From Bacillota bacterium (GTDB lineage Bacteria; Bacillota; Ch66; Ch109), in the NCBI GenBank assembly GCA_050952625.1, contig JBMNLH010000001.1, forward strand, positions 1,088,001-1,152,000: a stretch of DNA of 64,000 bases. Direction: 5' to 3'. The notes below the pieces were generated by a model. The model made no database searches and had not been told where the DNA came from. It was given only the letters and a program-made list of their open reading frames with translations. This document shows, one piece after another, positions 52,201 through 63,908 of the stretch. The number at the start of each line of letters is the position of its first letter. Position 1 is the stretch's first letter. Both the position numbers and the translations under genes were made by a program.

Positions 52201-52400
52201 CCTACGCCATGGTGACCAAACGGATTAAACCCTTTATTATCAACGGTGAAAAATATCATCAAATCGGAGTTCTCTGGCACTTTGGGCACTCGGGATTTGC
52301 GGTAGGTGAACCAGCTAACCGACTTACTCCGCACATAGGCGACGGGAATACGATGATTCCTGAGTACAAAGCCTGGCTGTGTAACATAAGGAGGGCGTAA
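49278..52400 (+). CDS. fdnG: Formate dehydrogenase-N alpha subunit, selenocysteine (UGA at 49926-49928)
   Basis: TRRDFLK Tat signal, CPYCGCGC, HQARI-U-HSATV; both ORFs in the same frame; SECIS-like hairpin follows. Confidence 0.93.
49929..49958 (+). promoter_or_regulatory. Bacterial SECIS element
   Basis: GGTTGCCGGTCTGGCACC hairpin about 11 nt after the in-frame TGA, resembling the fdhF/fdnG SECIS. Confidence 0.75.
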
Positions 52401-52402
52401 GA

Positions 52403-53260
52403 ATGGAATATATTAACCTCTATGACGTTACCAAATGTACGGGCTGTCGGGGATGTCAGGTTGCCTGCAAGCAGTGGAATCAACTACCGGCCAATATCGT
52501 GCCTTTCTCCGGTGGCTATAGTACAAAAGAAGACACTGATGCTAAAACTTTTACGATTATCAAGTACTTTGAAGAAGAAGATGCTAACGGCAAGGTAACT
52601 TGGCGGTTCCGGAAACACCAGTGTTTGCACTGTGGTGACCCAGCCTGTATGAAGGTTTGTCCACGGGAAGCCATTTTCATAACAGACTTTGGCGCAGTTG
52701 CTAAGGACTATGACAAGTGTGTGGGTTGTAAGTACTGTGTCGCAGCTTGCCCCTTCGAGATTCCCAAGTATGATGGGGAAATAGATAAAGTAACCAAATG
52801 TGAGATGTGTGTTGATCGGATGAAGGTCTTTATGGAGAAGCCAGATAGTACCGACCCGGCTAAACAAAGGGATAAGTACAACTATGTTCCGGCTTGTGCC
52901 AAAACCTGTGTGACTGGGTCGATCAAATTTGGGCCAAAAGATCAATTGCTCAAAGAAGCAGAGGCCCGAGTAGCCTTTCTAAAGGCTAATGGTTCTCCCA
53001 ATGCCAACATCTACAATCCGTCTGGTGTCGGCGGGGTTCACAAGGTCTATGTCTTGGCAGATGCGCCTGAAAAGTATGGACTCCCCAGCAACCCGACCAT
53101 TCCGTCTTACATCAATGTCTGGCAGCCATGGATTAAGCCTTACGGCGGGATCCTGATCGGGCTGGCAGCGTTGGGTGCAGTCGGCAGTTTCTTCAGTACC
53201 CGGATAATTAAAGCGATGAGGATTGGGGAGCATGAAGGGGGGAAGACACATGACGCATAG
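52403..53260 (+). CDS. fdnH: Formate dehydrogenase iron-sulfur subunit
   Basis: Four CxxC cluster motifs and a C-terminal TM helix. Confidence 0.9.
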   Translation: MEYINLYDVTKCTGCRGCQVACKQWNQLPANIVPFSGGYSTKEDTDAKTFTIIKYFEEEDANGKVTWRFRKHQCLHCGDPACMKVCPREAIFITDFGAVAKDYDKCVGCKYCVAACPFEIPKYDGEIDKVTKCEMCVDRMKVFMEKPDSTDPAKQRDKYNYVPACAKTCVTGSIKFGPKDQLLKEAEARVAFLKANGSPNANIYNPSGVGGVHKVYVLADAPEKYGLPSNPTIPSYINVWQPWIKPYGGILIGLAALGAVGSFFSTRIIKAMRIGEHEGGKTHDA

Positions 53261-53939
53261 TGCCCAAGCTGTAAGGAGAAGTGGTCCTCCAAGAGTTGTG
53301 CGTTTTAGCAAGGCAGCCCGGATAGCGCACTGGGGTCATACCGTTACTTTTCTGATTTTATTGCTAACCGGTTTGCTATTATTTGCTCCTAAAGTATTCG
53401 GCTGGGTCGGACCGGCTTTCCTGGGTGCCAACAGTGCTGGTACTGTTCACCGGGTTATGGCCGTTTTCTATACCATAATCCCCCTAGCTTGCTTGTTTGC
53501 CAACCCTAAGGGCTTTATTGGCTGGTGGAAGGATGTCTTTTCCTTTGGCATGAATGATATTAAGTTTCTCATGGTGTTTCCTTTGGAGTTCTTCGGTTTC
53601 CCGGTCAAAATACCACCGCAAACTCAATTTAACGGCGGGGAAAAAATGAACTCGGTAATTACAACCACTTCTTGTGTGTTGCTGGCGATTAGTGGATACA
53701 TCATGTGGTTTCCGGAGTTCTTTCCGCTTGGCTTGGTTCGATGGATGCCTCCGCTGCATGATATCACTATGATCTTGGCAACCACGATGGTGTGCATGCA
53801 CTCTTACCTGGGTTCATTCCATCCTGGTTCAGGGGAATCCTTCTGGGGAATGTGGAAAGGGACAGTCCGTAAAGATTGGGCCGCCCATCATCACGCGAAG
53901 TGGTTGGAAAAGGTTACTGGAGAGAAGATCGATCACTAA
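53250..53939 (+). CDS. fdnI: Formate dehydrogenase cytochrome b subunit
   Basis: RIAHW, HR, FNGGEK, LHD, MH..; WAAHHHAKW. Confidence 0.88.
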   Translation: MTHSAQAVRRSGPPRVVRFSKAARIAHWGHTVTFLILLLTGLLLFAPKVFGWVGPAFLGANSAGTVHRVMAVFYTIIPLACLFANPKGFIGWWKDVFSFGMNDIKFLMVFPLEFFGFPVKIPPQTQFNGGEKMNSVITTTSCVLLAISGYIMWFPEFFPLGLVRWMPPLHDITMILATTMVCMHSYLGSFHPGSGESFWGMWKGTVRKDWAAHHHAKWLEKVTGEKIDH

Positions 53940-54201
53940 AACGATCACTAAAACTTAGTTGCTGCAAAATTTAATTTCAGCGAAAAGACTCTTTCTTGGG
54001 CTTCAATGGATCGCTTATCACGAGCACGGACAGAGAGGCCGGAAAGAAGAGGGGGGTCCCAGAAAGGGGCTCCCCTTGTTAACTTCTAGGTTAATTACTT
54101 AACTTTCTGACTTTACACTTCGACAAGATTCTGGGATAATAGACATAGTCAATTTACAATAAAATAAAAAATGCTGATCGAGGGCAATAGGAGGTAATAT
54201 T

Positions 54202-55041
54202 TTGAGCGGAGCCAAAGGAAATCCGATTGAAGTTCCTGAGGAGTTGCTTAGTTTTTATAACGAATTAGCTGTTATCCAAGATAAGTTGCTCGAAAGTGCC
54301 CTGATTCCGGAACAGAAAGTAGAAGAAGAAGAAATAAGACAACACCGTACAGAGCGGAAGTTCTGGTTGCAAATCCTAAAGTTCCCGGAGGTGCTGAAAG
54401 GTTTTCGTGAGAATATACGGGTGATGGCGGAATTTACGAAAAATAACCGACCTCAGATTGCGGAGCAAATCAATCAGATAATGGAAGCTATCGAAAACGA
54501 AGATTTGACTGAAATCTTAGATCGAACAGTTTGGTTGGATACTCAGTATTTTGATAGATTGGCCCATGAAAAGGGATTGTCCGCCGGACTTATCGTATTT
54601 TTGGTCGAAAATGCCTTGCGTCCATATTTGCGTGCCTGGGGCCAGGAACTAATTAAATATTTAGATGAGGATAATTGGCTAAAACCAATTTGCCCAATCT
54701 GTGGCCACAAAGCCCGAATTTCACGTCTCCGACCGGGAGATGGTAGTCGGTTAATGTTTTGTACTCACTGTTTTACTGAATGGCAATACCGACACCTGTT
54801 TTGTCCACACTGTGAGAATGAGGACCCGATGTCTTTGAACATTATCACCATTGAAGGTGATGAAGTTGATCAGATTTATACCTGTGATAAGTGTAAAGGT
54901 TACTTAAAAACCATTAACGATAAACAGGGAGGCCTATCACGCAATATGCTGGTTGAGAGTGCCCGGACCTTTTTTCTCGACCTGTTAGCGGAGCGAGAGG
55001 GATTCTCTCAGCCTTTAGATGATCGAACCAAACTAAATTGA
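54202..55041 (+). CDS. fdhE: Formate dehydrogenase accessory protein
   Basis: CPICG, CTHC..W, CPHC, CDKCKGYLK. Confidence 0.88.
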   Translation: MSGAKGNPIEVPEELLSFYNELAVIQDKLLESALIPEQKVEEEEIRQHRTERKFWLQILKFPEVLKGFRENIRVMAEFTKNNRPQIAEQINQIMEAIENEDLTEILDRTVWLDTQYFDRLAHEKGLSAGLIVFLVENALRPYLRAWGQELIKYLDEDNWLKPICPICGHKARISRLRPGDGSRLMFCTHCFTEWQYRHLFCPHCENEDPMSLNIITIEGDEVDQIYTCDKCKGYLKTINDKQGGLSRNMLVESARTFFLDLLAEREGFSQPLDDRTKLN

Positions 55042-55110
55042 AGATTAAAGCTAAATTACTGTTAGGTTAATAAAAGAGTTTATGTTATTTGTGGTGGTGG
55101 GGGTGAGTTT

Positions 55111-55311
55111 ATGTTTGGTTTATTACCGTTTACTGTTGGGCCCTGGGAACTAGTTCTTGTTTTAGTCATAGTATTAATAATCGTTGGTCCTGGAAAACTG
55201 CCTTCAGTAGGGAAATCCATAGGTAAGGCAATAAATGAATTTCGCAAATCACGAAATGAAACAGACGAAAACGAATCAATAGAGGAAAAAGCCGGAGCAG
55301 CCAAAAGATAA
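55111..55311 (+). CDS. tatA: Twin-arginine translocase TatA
   Basis: GPWEL..IVGPGKLP.VGKSIGKAINEFRK. Confidence 0.92.
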   Translation: MFGLLPFTVGPWELVLVLVIVLIIVGPGKLPSVGKSIGKAINEFRKSRNETDENESIEEKAGAAKR

Positions 55312-55504
55312 TCTACTGCTTGAAACCCAGGTTTACAGGATACCTATAGATAACTCGGGCCAACCAATAAGGTTGGCCTGTACTACTACTTATATCAGTT
55401 TACCAAATATAAGAAAATGGACCATCTATAAACAAGGGGCCAATAAGGACATGAAATTATGATATATTTAATGACTTAAATAAGAAAAAATAAGGTTAGT
55501 ATCG

Positions 55505-55577
55505 TGTCATTCTGAGCGAAGCGAAGAATCCTTCCCACGCTGAGAAGTAATATCCCTCGCTAACGCTCAGGATGACA
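55505..55577. repeat. REP-like palindromic repeat, copy 2
   Basis: TGTCATTCTGAGCG...CGCTCAGGATGACA long inverted repeat; similar to 843-912. Confidence 0.8.
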
Positions 55578-55653
55578 TATGTGCCACTATCATTAGCGGT
55601 TGTGGCCTTGGGACATGGGAGGTTAGAATAGATAAAAGGATGAATCAATCATT

Positions 55654-56307
55654 ATGGACCATCTGTATCCAATTTATTTAAAGCTTAATCAGGTAAAGTG
55701 CCTGGTAATTGGTGGCGGGTCGGTAGCTGAACGTAAAGTCACTACGTTATTACAGTATGGAGCGAGAGTACTAGTAATTGCTCCGGAGATCACAATTGGT
55801 TTAGAAGAAAGGGTTTTACGCGGAGAAATCGCATATTGGTCAAGGGCATACCAGAGCGGTGATCTTGATTATTTAGAAGCCGGTCGGTCCTTAGTTTTTG
55901 TCGCTACTAATCAACCCGAGGTTAATCATCAAGTATTTCGGGAGTGTCAAGCTAGGGGAATATTGGTAAATGTAGTAGATGATCCGGTGCATTGTTCTTT
56001 TTTCGTCCCAGCCATAGTTAGGCGCGGTTCCTTATGTTTGGCCATTTCAACAGAGGGTAAAAGTCCACTGTTAGCTCGAAGAATGAGGGAAAAACTGGAA
56101 AAGGAGTTTGGCCCTGAGTATGAGGAATTTCTAAATATTTTAGGGGAATGCCGGCAGAAGATTTTACACCGAGTATCAGATGAACGCCAGCGCCGAAAGT
56201 TATTTGAACAATTGCTTGATATGGATTTGTTGGAACTGATTAGAGAGAAAAAAACTGATCTGGTGAAGGAGCGGGTATCCCAATGTTTATCATTGTGGTT
56301 GGATTAA
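55654..56307 (+). CDS. sirC: Precorrin-2 dehydrogenase/sirohydrochlorin ferrochelatase
   Basis: IGGGSVAERK, NVVDDP, ISTEGKSP. Confidence 0.85.
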   Translation: MDHLYPIYLKLNQVKCLVIGGGSVAERKVTTLLQYGARVLVIAPEITIGLEERVLRGEIAYWSRAYQSGDLDYLEAGRSLVFVATNQPEVNHQVFRECQARGILVNVVDDPVHCSFFVPAIVRRGSLCLAISTEGKSPLLARRMREKLEKEFGPEYEEFLNILGECRQKILHRVSDERQRRKLFEQLLDMDLLELIREKKTDLVKERVSQCLSLWLD

Positions 56308-57593
56308 ATCACCGAACAGCACCAATTGATGTACGGGAAAAACTGGCTTTAACCGGGACAACCTTGAATAAGGCTCTCTGTGAGCTAAAAGAGATGCCTG
56401 GAATCGAAGGGTGCGTTATTCTTTCTACTTGCAATCGGTTTGAGATTTATTGTGCTGTTCGAGAAATTGAACAGGGATTGAAAACAGTCAAAGATTTTAT
56501 ATCTAGCCAACTTGCCGTTCTGAACACTGAATCAGCTGGTTTTGATCAGTACTTATATGCTCCTACCTGTCATGACGCGATTAGCCATCTATTTCGGGTA
56601 GCCGCCGGACTAGATTCGATGGTGATTGGAGAAAGCCAGGTCTTAGGTCAGGTACGTGATGCCTATGAGTTAGCTCTCAACCAGGAAGTCACCAATGGAG
56701 TTATCAACACCCTCTTTCAACAGGCAATTACGGTCGGTAAAAGAGTAAGGACGGAAACAGCAATTGACCGGAGTGCGGTATCTATCAGTTATGCGGCAGT
56801 CGAACTGGCTAAACAAGTAATTGGTCAGCTTAAGGGACATACTGTACTCATTATTGGGGCTGGAGCGACCGGCGAATTAACCGCTCGTCACCTGGTTGCT
56901 AACGGAGCTAATTCCGTTATGGTTTCCAATCGTTCCTTTGACCGGGCCTTGGAATTAGCTCAAGAATTTAAGGGTCAAGCTAAACGATTCGAGCAATTAG
57001 AGGAGTCGCTTGCAGAGGCGGATATTGTCATTAGCTGTACGGCGGCTTGTCATTATGTTCTTCAGTTAGACCAAGTGCAAAAAGCTATGGCTGTCCGTTC
57101 TGAGCGCCCCCTGATGATTATTGACATTGCGGTTCCCCGAGATGTTGATCCACTTGTCTCTAAGTTAAAGGGGGTCCATCTTTTTGATATTGATGACCTA
57201 AAAAATGTGGTTGATGTTAATTTTAAGGAGCGACAACTTGAAGCGATCAAGGCGGAACGGATTGTTCGCGAGGAATTGGCGGAGTTTAATAATTGGTTAA
57301 ATACTTTATTTGTCGTGCCAACGATTGTCGCGTTAAAGGAAAAAGCAGAAAAGATTAAGCAGACTGAATTAACCAGAGCCTTTAACCGTTTAGGAAGTAT
57401 TAACGCCCGTGAGGAGAAAGTGATTACTTCCTTAGCGAATTCGATTGTTAACCAATTGTTACATGACCCAATTATTCAGCTTAAGGTCTATGCTTCAGAT
57501 CAACAAGGACATCTTTACACGGAGGTCCTTCAGAATCTTTTTCGTTTAGAACTAAATGAAAATCAGGCTGAATATAAGAAAAAGGTTTTATAA
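56283..57593 (+). CDS. hemA: Glutamyl-tRNA reductase
   Basis: GLNHRTAP, STCNR, GLDSMVIGE, DIAVPRD. Confidence 0.96.
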   Translation: MFIIVVGLNHRTAPIDVREKLALTGTTLNKALCELKEMPGIEGCVILSTCNRFEIYCAVREIEQGLKTVKDFISSQLAVLNTESAGFDQYLYAPTCHDAISHLFRVAAGLDSMVIGESQVLGQVRDAYELALNQEVTNGVINTLFQQAITVGKRVRTETAIDRSAVSISYAAVELAKQVIGQLKGHTVLIIGAGATGELTARHLVANGANSVMVSNRSFDRALELAQEFKGQAKRFEQLEESLAEADIVISCTAACHYVLQLDQVQKAMAVRSERPLMIIDIAVPRDVDPLVSKLKGVHLFDIDDLKNVVDVNFKERQLEAIKAERIVREELAEFNNWLNTLFVVPTIVALKEKAEKIKQTELTRAFNRLGSINAREEKVITSLANSIVNQLLHDPIIQLKVYASDQQGHLYTEVLQNLFRLELNENQAEYKKKVL

Positions 57594-57643
57594 AAAAACG
57601 CGTTTCTGTTAAATATCTGTGCTCCTATAGAGGAGGTTAAAAA

Positions 57644-58648
57644 TTGTTGCCAACTTTGAAAATCGGAACACGCGATAGTGTGCTGGCCCTATGGCAAACC
57701 AAATGGGTGGTTAATGAATTAAAGAAGGTTTGGCCTAATCTAGACTGTCAGGTTATCGCGGTTAAGACCAAGGGAGATAAGATCTTGGATGTCTCTCTGT
57801 CCAAGATAGGCGATAAAGGACTTTTTACCAAAGAGCTGGAGACCAGCTTGCTGGGAGGGCAGATCGATCTAGCGGTCCATAGTTTGAAGGATTTGCCAAC
57901 TGAACTGCCTATTGGCTGTTCTTTAGGGGCTATTTGTCGTCGAACTGAGCCGGGAGATGTACTTATCTCTAAAGTGGGGCGAACCTTAAAAGAATTACCG
58001 CCAAGTTCCCGGATCGGCACGAGCAGTCTGCGTCGAAAGGCCCAAATCTTATACTATCGACCAGATTTGCAAATTAAAGACCTCCGGGGTAATATACCGA
58101 CCAGATTACAAAAATTAGAGCAAGCTGACTTAGATGCGATTGTGATAGCGGCAGCTGGAGTTGAGCGTCTTGGCCTGAGGGAAAGGATTGCTGAGTATCT
58201 GCCGTATGAGATATGTCTTCCGGCGGTTGGTCAGGGGGCTATTGCCCTGGAACAAAGAACCGGGGATCATCAAGTTAGGCGATTGATCGCACCCCTTCAT
58301 GATGAAGAAAGTGCAGTCACTACCTTGGCCGAACGAGCCTTGCTGCGACGACTTGAGGGCGGATGCCAGATTCCGATTGCCGCCCTAGGCCGCCGGGACA
58401 ATGGTCGGCTCATCCTGGACGCTCGCGTTGCCAGTATCGACGGCAGTCAGATGGTTATGGGGACCAGAGAAATTGATTGGCCGATCAGGCCAATAATTCA
58501 AGCAAACTCGGCAGTGATAGACGATAACGATTCTAACTTTGAATGGTCTTACCAAGCCATTGTCGAGCAAATAGGCCGGGAGCTGGCGGAAGAACTCCTT
58601 GATCAAGGAGCTAGATCAATTCTTGAGACAATTAGAGCCTGTTCCTAG
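57644..58648 (+). CDS. hemC: Porphobilinogen deaminase
   Basis: GTRDS, KGLFTKE, VHSLKD, GTSSLRR, EGGCQ. Confidence 0.96.
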   Translation: MLPTLKIGTRDSVLALWQTKWVVNELKKVWPNLDCQVIAVKTKGDKILDVSLSKIGDKGLFTKELETSLLGGQIDLAVHSLKDLPTELPIGCSLGAICRRTEPGDVLISKVGRTLKELPPSSRIGTSSLRRKAQILYYRPDLQIKDLRGNIPTRLQKLEQADLDAIVIAAAGVERLGLRERIAEYLPYEICLPAVGQGAIALEQRTGDHQVRRLIAPLHDEESAVTTLAERALLRRLEGGCQIPIAALGRRDNGRLILDARVASIDGSQMVMGTREIDWPIRPIIQANSAVIDDNDSNFEWSYQAIVEQIGRELAEELLDQGARSILETIRACS

Positions 58649-58754
58649 TGAACAAGATGAAAAATCATCACTACAAGCATTGATAATTGATAATTGATAA
58701 AGGAGGGAACCGGCCAATCTGTGCTGATCCGTAGCGGTTGATGGCCGGGTTAAG

Positions 58755-60317
58755 ATGAGCAATCGTTCCGGAGTGGTATTTCTGATTGGAGCTGGGCCCG
58801 GGGATCCGAAGTTAATAACGTTGAGAGGACTTGAATGTTTACAAAAGGCAGATGTCCTGGTTTATGACCGATTAGCCAGCCCGCATTTATTGAGTTGGGT
58901 ACATCCTGAAGCAGAGCGGATTTATGTTGGTAAAGGGCCAGACCGCCACACCCTCCGGCAAGAAGAAATTAATCAATTATTGGTGAAGAAGGCCCGGGAG
59001 GGAAAGGTCGTCGCGCGGCTCAAAGGCGGGGACCCCTTTGTCTTCGGGCGAGGCGGAGAAGAAGCGGAAGCCTTAGTTGAAGCGGGGATTAGATTTGAGA
59101 TTGTACCCGGGGTTACTTCAGCCGTGGCGGTGCCGGCTTATGCCGGAATTCCGGTGACCCATCGAGACTTTACTTCCACCTTGGCAATTGTCACGGGACA
59201 CGAGGACCCGCTCAAAGAAAGCTCCAGCATAGCCTGGGAGCACTTAGCTCAGTCAGCCGGGACCATTGTTTTTCTAATGGGAATGGAGAATTTGCCGCAA
59301 ATCGTGCAGCAATTAATGAAATATGGTCGTAAAGGAGATACTCCCGTCGCCCTCATTCGCTGGGGAACTAGGCCGGACCAATTAGTAGTGACCGGGATTC
59401 TGGAGAATATTGTTGACAAAGCCAGGAAGGCCGGGTTAACCTCACCGGTCGTGATCGTAGTCGGAGAAGTTGTCACCATGCGGCAAAAACTACAGTGGAT
59501 CGAAAAACGGCCATTGTTTGGCCGACGTGTCGTAGTCACCCGTTCGCGGGCTCAGGCTAGTGTTCTTACTCGTCGTTTGGAAGACTTGGGAACAGAGGTT
59601 TGGGAGTTTCCGACTATTGAAATTGTGCCGCCGGCTGATCTGTTGCCCCTCGAACAACGTCTAAAGCAGTTGAGTGATTATCAATGGGTCATTTTTACCA
59701 GCGTGAACGGGGTGGAATCTTTCTTTCGGTGCCTTTGGGCTATCGGAGGAGATATTAGGGAACTGCAAGGAGTTCAGTTAGCGGCGATTGGCCCGGCGAC
59801 CGGGAAGTCCTTGGAGGATCGAGGACTTCGAGTGAATTATATCCCCGATGAATTTAGGGCGGAGGCCATAGCGGATGGCTTGACGAAGAGGGTTAAACCG
59901 GGGGATAAAATATTGTTGCCGCGTGCCCGGGAAGCTAGATCGGTCCTGCCTGAGATGCTGCGGAAGCTAGGGGCACTGGTTGATGAAGTAGTAGCCTATG
60001 AAACAGTGGCCGGGACCGGCAATGCTCAAAAGCTGCGGCAATTGCTGAAGCATAAACAAATCACTGCTGTTACCTTTACCAGTTCGTCGACGGTCCGCAA
60101 TTTTCTGTCTCTGCTCTTGGAAACTGAGCAACCGATTGAATCGGGGAAACCTTTAGTCATACCCGAATTGGAGGGCGTAGTAATCGCCTGTATTGGTCCA
60201 ATCACCGCGCAGACTGCCCAAAATTTAGGCTTAAAGGTTGACGTTGTTGCCGAACAGTATACTATAGATGGACTGGTGGAAGCCTTGACCAATTATTTAA
60301 TAACCCACAGGCCCTAA
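58755..60317 (+). CDS. cobA: Fused uroporphyrinogen-III C-methyltransferase/synthase (CobA-HemD)
   Basis: [19 protein letters not shown]; C-terminal VVVTR, FTSVNGV, FTSSSTV. Confidence 0.93.
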   Translation: MSNRSGVVFLIGAGPGDPKLITLRGLECLQKADVLVYDRLASPHLLSWVHPEAERIYVGKGPDRHTLRQEEINQLLVKKAREGKVVARLKGGDPFVFGRGGEEAEALVEAGIRFEIVPGVTSAVAVPAYAGIPVTHRDFTSTLAIVTGHEDPLKESSSIAWEHLAQSAGTIVFLMGMENLPQIVQQLMKYGRKGDTPVALIRWGTRPDQLVVTGILENIVDKARKAGLTSPVVIVVGEVVTMRQKLQWIEKRPLFGRRVVVTRSRAQASVLTRRLEDLGTEVWEFPTIEIVPPADLLPLEQRLKQLSDYQWVIFTSVNGVESFFRCLWAIGGDIRELQGVQLAAIGPATGKSLEDRGLRVNYIPDEFRAEAIADGLTKRVKPGDKILLPRAREARSVLPEMLRKLGALVDEVVAYETVAGTGNAQKLRQLLKHKQITAVTFTSSSTVRNFLSLLLETEQPIESGKPLVIPELEGVVIACIGPITAQTAQNLGLKVDVVAEQYTIDGLVEALTNYLITHRP

Positions 60318-60586
60318 ATGTTTACCTTATTAGCAATTAGCTTGTTGACATCAAGGTGTGTACTAGCCTCGACATCTTTACAGTCCGATATTTTAATCCC
60401 AGGTTCGTCACTTTATTATAAAACGCCGGTATCAAGGCTTTCAGGATATGCCCGAAAAATGTAAATAGCCCGGGAAGCCGCTTTGCTGTAGCACCCATTT
60501 TTTTAACATGCCACCTGTATTAAAGTCAGCGTCCATCAACCTTAAATAAACGCTAAGTAAATATATAAAAGGGGGAGCCAATTCTA

Positions 60587-61768
60587 ATGATAGGATGCAC
60601 TAAGCTTTTGTGTGGAACTGCAACCGTGTCTGAGGCTTTAAAATATCAGCGTGATTCACGGCAGTTGCGTCCGCAAATGCTTCAGTTTTCCACAGACGAG
60701 AGGCCGTTGGTCGTTTGGAATACTACTAATCGGTGCAATTTGCGTTGTCAACATTGTTATCTAGATGCGGAAGATCGAGATTATAGTGGTGAATTAACTA
60801 ATGAGCAGGCCCGGGAGTTTATCTATGATCTCGCGGATCTTAAAGCTCCGGTTTTATTGTTTTCTGGTGGAGAGCCGCTTCTGCGCCGGGACCTTTTTGA
60901 ACTAGGCCGATTAGCGGCTGATCTGGGCCTAAGACCGGTGCTGTCGACCAATGGAACCTTAATTACCATAGAAAAGGCTCAAAAAATCCTTGATGCTGGT
61001 TTTCAATATGTAGGGGTGAGTATCGACGGGGGTCAAGTCATTCATGACCGTTTCCGGGCAAAAGAAGGGGCGTTTGCGCAGGCTCTCCAGGGGATTAGTA
61101 ATGCGGCGAAGGTGGGACTTAAGACCGGCATCCGTTTTACGGTTAACCGCCTGAATCAAGAAGATCTGAATGAAGTCTTGGAGGTTGTGGAACGGGAAGG
61201 AATCCCTCGTTTTTGTATGTATCATCTGGTGTATTCAGGCCGGGGTCGGGAGTTAGCTAACCTGGATACCTCGAAAGAAGAAAAGCGGCAGATTATGGAG
61301 AACATAGTCAGCCGAACGCTTGATTTGTATAAGCGTGGGGTTGAGGTAGAGATCTTAACCACTGATAACCACGCAGATGGGGTTTTTCTCTATAATTATG
61401 TCTTAACTCATCAGCCGGAAAGAGCGAAGGAAATTTTAACTCTGCTGGAAATGCATGGTGGTTGTTCAGCCGGGACCAAGTTTGCCAATGTCGATCCTCA
61501 AGGCAACGTGCATCCCTGCCAGTTTTGGCAGCATTATACCCTGGGTAACGTCAAAGAACGTAAATTTAGCGAGATCTGGTTAGATAAAGAAGAGCCTTTG
61601 TTGGTTGCTTTGCGTAAGAAGCAGGATCTGGTCAAAGGTCGTTGTGGAGACTGCCGGTATAAGGCCTACTGCGGCGGCTGTCGCATCCGGGCCGAAGCGG
61701 TGACTGGCGATATCTGGGCGGAGGACCCGGCCTGTTACTTGACTGATCAAGAAATTGGCTTATCTTAA
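60587..61768 (+). CDS. ahbC: Radical SAM Fe-coproporphyrin synthase AhbC/NirJ1
   Basis: MIGCTKLL start, CNLRCQHC, SPASM cysteines; heme operon. Confidence 0.85.
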   Translation: MIGCTKLLCGTATVSEALKYQRDSRQLRPQMLQFSTDERPLVVWNTTNRCNLRCQHCYLDAEDRDYSGELTNEQAREFIYDLADLKAPVLLFSGGEPLLRRDLFELGRLAADLGLRPVLSTNGTLITIEKAQKILDAGFQYVGVSIDGGQVIHDRFRAKEGAFAQALQGISNAAKVGLKTGIRFTVNRLNQEDLNEVLEVVEREGIPRFCMYHLVYSGRGRELANLDTSKEEKRQIMENIVSRTLDLYKRGVEVEILTTDNHADGVFLYNYVLTHQPERAKEILTLLEMHGGCSAGTKFANVDPQGNVHPCQFWQHYTLGNVKERKFSEIWLDKEEPLLVALRKKQDLVKGRCGDCRYKAYCGGCRIRAEAVTGDIWAEDPACYLTDQEIGLS

Positions 61769-61780
61769 GGGGGGGTGAAT

Positions 61781-62809
61781 ATGGGTTTTCCAGTTATGCG
61801 GCCGCGACGTCTACGGGAAAAGAGTAATATTAGGGAGTTGTTTAGCGAAACCACGGTATTGCTCAAGGATTTAATCTACCCGTTGTTTGTGATCCAGGGA
61901 CGCAAGATTAAAAACCCGGTGGCCGCTATGCCGGGGATTTATCAACTATCAGTTGATTACTTAATGAAGGAGACCCGTGAGTTGATCGAAATGGGCATTC
62001 GGTCCGTGATCCTCTTTGGGATTCCTGAGTATAAGGATGCGGTCGGTTCTAGCGGCTATCAGCCCCATGGCGTGGTTCAGGAGGCCGTTGGGGTTCTAAA
62101 AAATCGGTATCCTAATCTGGTTGTAATCACTGACGTTTGTTTGTGCGAATACACCGATCACGGCCACTGTGGCGTTGTGCAAGATGGACGAATCTTAAAT
62201 GATCCTACTCTGGAACTTTTAGCTCAAATGGCGGTCTCTCACGCTGAAGCCGGGGCAGATATGGTCGCCCCTTCGGACATGATGGACGGACGGGTTGCCG
62301 CCATCAGAAAAGCCTTAGACCAAAATGGCTTCACTGATTTGCCGATTATGGCCTATTCGGCTAAGTATGCTTCCGCTTTTTATGGACCGTTTCGCGAGGC
62401 AGCTGGTTCTGCTCCCCAGTTTGGCGATCGGCGCAGTTATCAGATGCATCCACCGAATTCAGATGAGGCCTTGCGGGAGGTGGCCCTGGATATAGAGGAA
62501 GGGGCCGATATCGTCATGGTTAAACCGGCTCTTCCCTATCTGGATATTGTGCGGAGGGTTAAGGATAGCTTTAATTGCCCAGTGGCTGCCTATAATGTTT
62601 CCGGAGAATACTCAATGATTAAGGCAGCCGTTGAACGCGGCTGGCTGGATGAAAAACGGGCAGTCTGGGAGATGCTGACCGGGATCAAACGGGCCGGGGC
62701 TGATGTGATCTTAACCTACTTTGCTCCGCAGGTAGCCCGGTGGATAAATGAGGGAAAATGGCCGGAGAGAGGGAGGGAAGAGCTTGATCGTTTCTTGGAA
62801 CACCACTAA
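61781..62809 (+). CDS. hemB: Porphobilinogen synthase
   Basis: [31 protein letters not shown]. Confidence 0.96.
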   Translation: MGFPVMRPRRLREKSNIRELFSETTVLLKDLIYPLFVIQGRKIKNPVAAMPGIYQLSVDYLMKETRELIEMGIRSVILFGIPEYKDAVGSSGYQPHGVVQEAVGVLKNRYPNLVVITDVCLCEYTDHGHCGVVQDGRILNDPTLELLAQMAVSHAEAGADMVAPSDMMDGRVAAIRKALDQNGFTDLPIMAYSAKYASAFYGPFREAAGSAPQFGDRRSYQMHPPNSDEALREVALDIEEGADIVMVKPALPYLDIVRRVKDSFNCPVAAYNVSGEYSMIKAAVERGWLDEKRAVWEMLTGIKRAGADVILTYFAPQVARWINEGKWPERGREELDRFLEHH

Positions 62810-63785
62810 CCATTGCAACATGTTTTGTGAGCATTGCTATCGGGAAGCTGGTGCCAAGGCAGATGAAGAGCTGAATACCGAGGAGGGGAAACGCCTCCTT
62901 GAGCAGATCGCCCGAGCTGGCTTTAAGATCATGATTTTTAGTGGTGGCGAACCTTTAATGCGGACGGATATTGTTGAATTAGTGACATACGCTGCTTCCT
63001 TGGGCCTGCGGCCGGTTTTTGGCACGAACGGTACTTTAATCACCCTGGAAATGGCCGAGCGTCTCAAACAGGCTGGGGCCATGGGCATGGGCATTAGCCT
63101 GGATAGTCTGGATGCAGAGAAACATGATCGGCTGCGTAAATATCAAGGTGCCTGGCAGCAGGCGGTTCAGGGAATGAACAATTGCCGCGCCGTTGGTTTG
63201 CCTTTTCAGATCCATACCACGGCCATGGAGTGGAATGAAGGCGAGATTGAGGCAATTACCGATTTCGCGGTTGAACTCGGGGCCGTGGCTCACCATATCT
63301 TTTTCCTGGTTCCCACCGGTCGAGCGGTTGAGATTGAGGAAGAAGCACTGCGAGTAGATAAATATGAACGTCTGTTGCAGCGGATTTTAACCAAACAGCA
63401 GCAGGTAAAGATTGAGCTCAAACCAACCTGTGCGCCGCAATTTGTGCGAATGGCCAAGCAACGAGGGATGAATCTCCGTTTTCAAAGAGGCTGTCTGGCC
63501 GGTATCTCCTATTGTATTATTAGCCCAAGGGGGTTAGTTCAACCGTGCGCCTATCTTGACCTGCCGGTGGGCAATGTTCGAGAGCAGCCTTTCGATGAAA
63601 TTTGGCAAACCAGTCCGGTTCTCCAACGTCTGAGAACTCAGGACTATGGTGGTAAATGCGGTGGATGTCAGTATATTTCCGCCTGTGGCGGTTGTCGGGC
63701 GAGAGCTGCTTTTTATCATGAAGGGGACTATATGGCGGAAGATGAATGGTGTCGTTATCCGGGGGGAAGATTACCGGTAGAGTAA
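62784..63785 (+). CDS. ahbD: Radical SAM heme synthase AhbD/NirJ2
   Basis: [34 protein letters not shown]; TTG start. Confidence 0.85.
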   Translation: MIVSWNTTNHCNMFCEHCYREAGAKADEELNTEEGKRLLEQIARAGFKIMIFSGGEPLMRTDIVELVTYAASLGLRPVFGTNGTLITLEMAERLKQAGAMGMGISLDSLDAEKHDRLRKYQGAWQQAVQGMNNCRAVGLPFQIHTTAMEWNEGEIEAITDFAVELGAVAHHIFFLVPTGRAVEIEEEALRVDKYERLLQRILTKQQQVKIELKPTCAPQFVRMAKQRGMNLRFQRGCLAGISYCIISPRGLVQPCAYLDLPVGNVREQPFDEIWQTSPVLQRLRTQDYGGKCGGCQYISACGGCRARAAFYHEGDYMAEDEWCRYPGGRLPVE

Positions 63786-63908
63786 TGCCTTCATCATCGC
63801 AACCTCAGTAGTCTATTGACGTTGGAACAGCGGGGTAGGTTTAAAATATTTCAATCACTTAAAAAATAAAGGTATTACAGTCTTATTGGCAGGGAGTGGG
63901 ATATTTTC

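Noticed and set aside
58679-58699. ATTGATA x3 as CRISPR or regulatory repeat
   Set aside because: Short tandem heptamer without spacers; I saw no CRISPR array or cas gene in the window.
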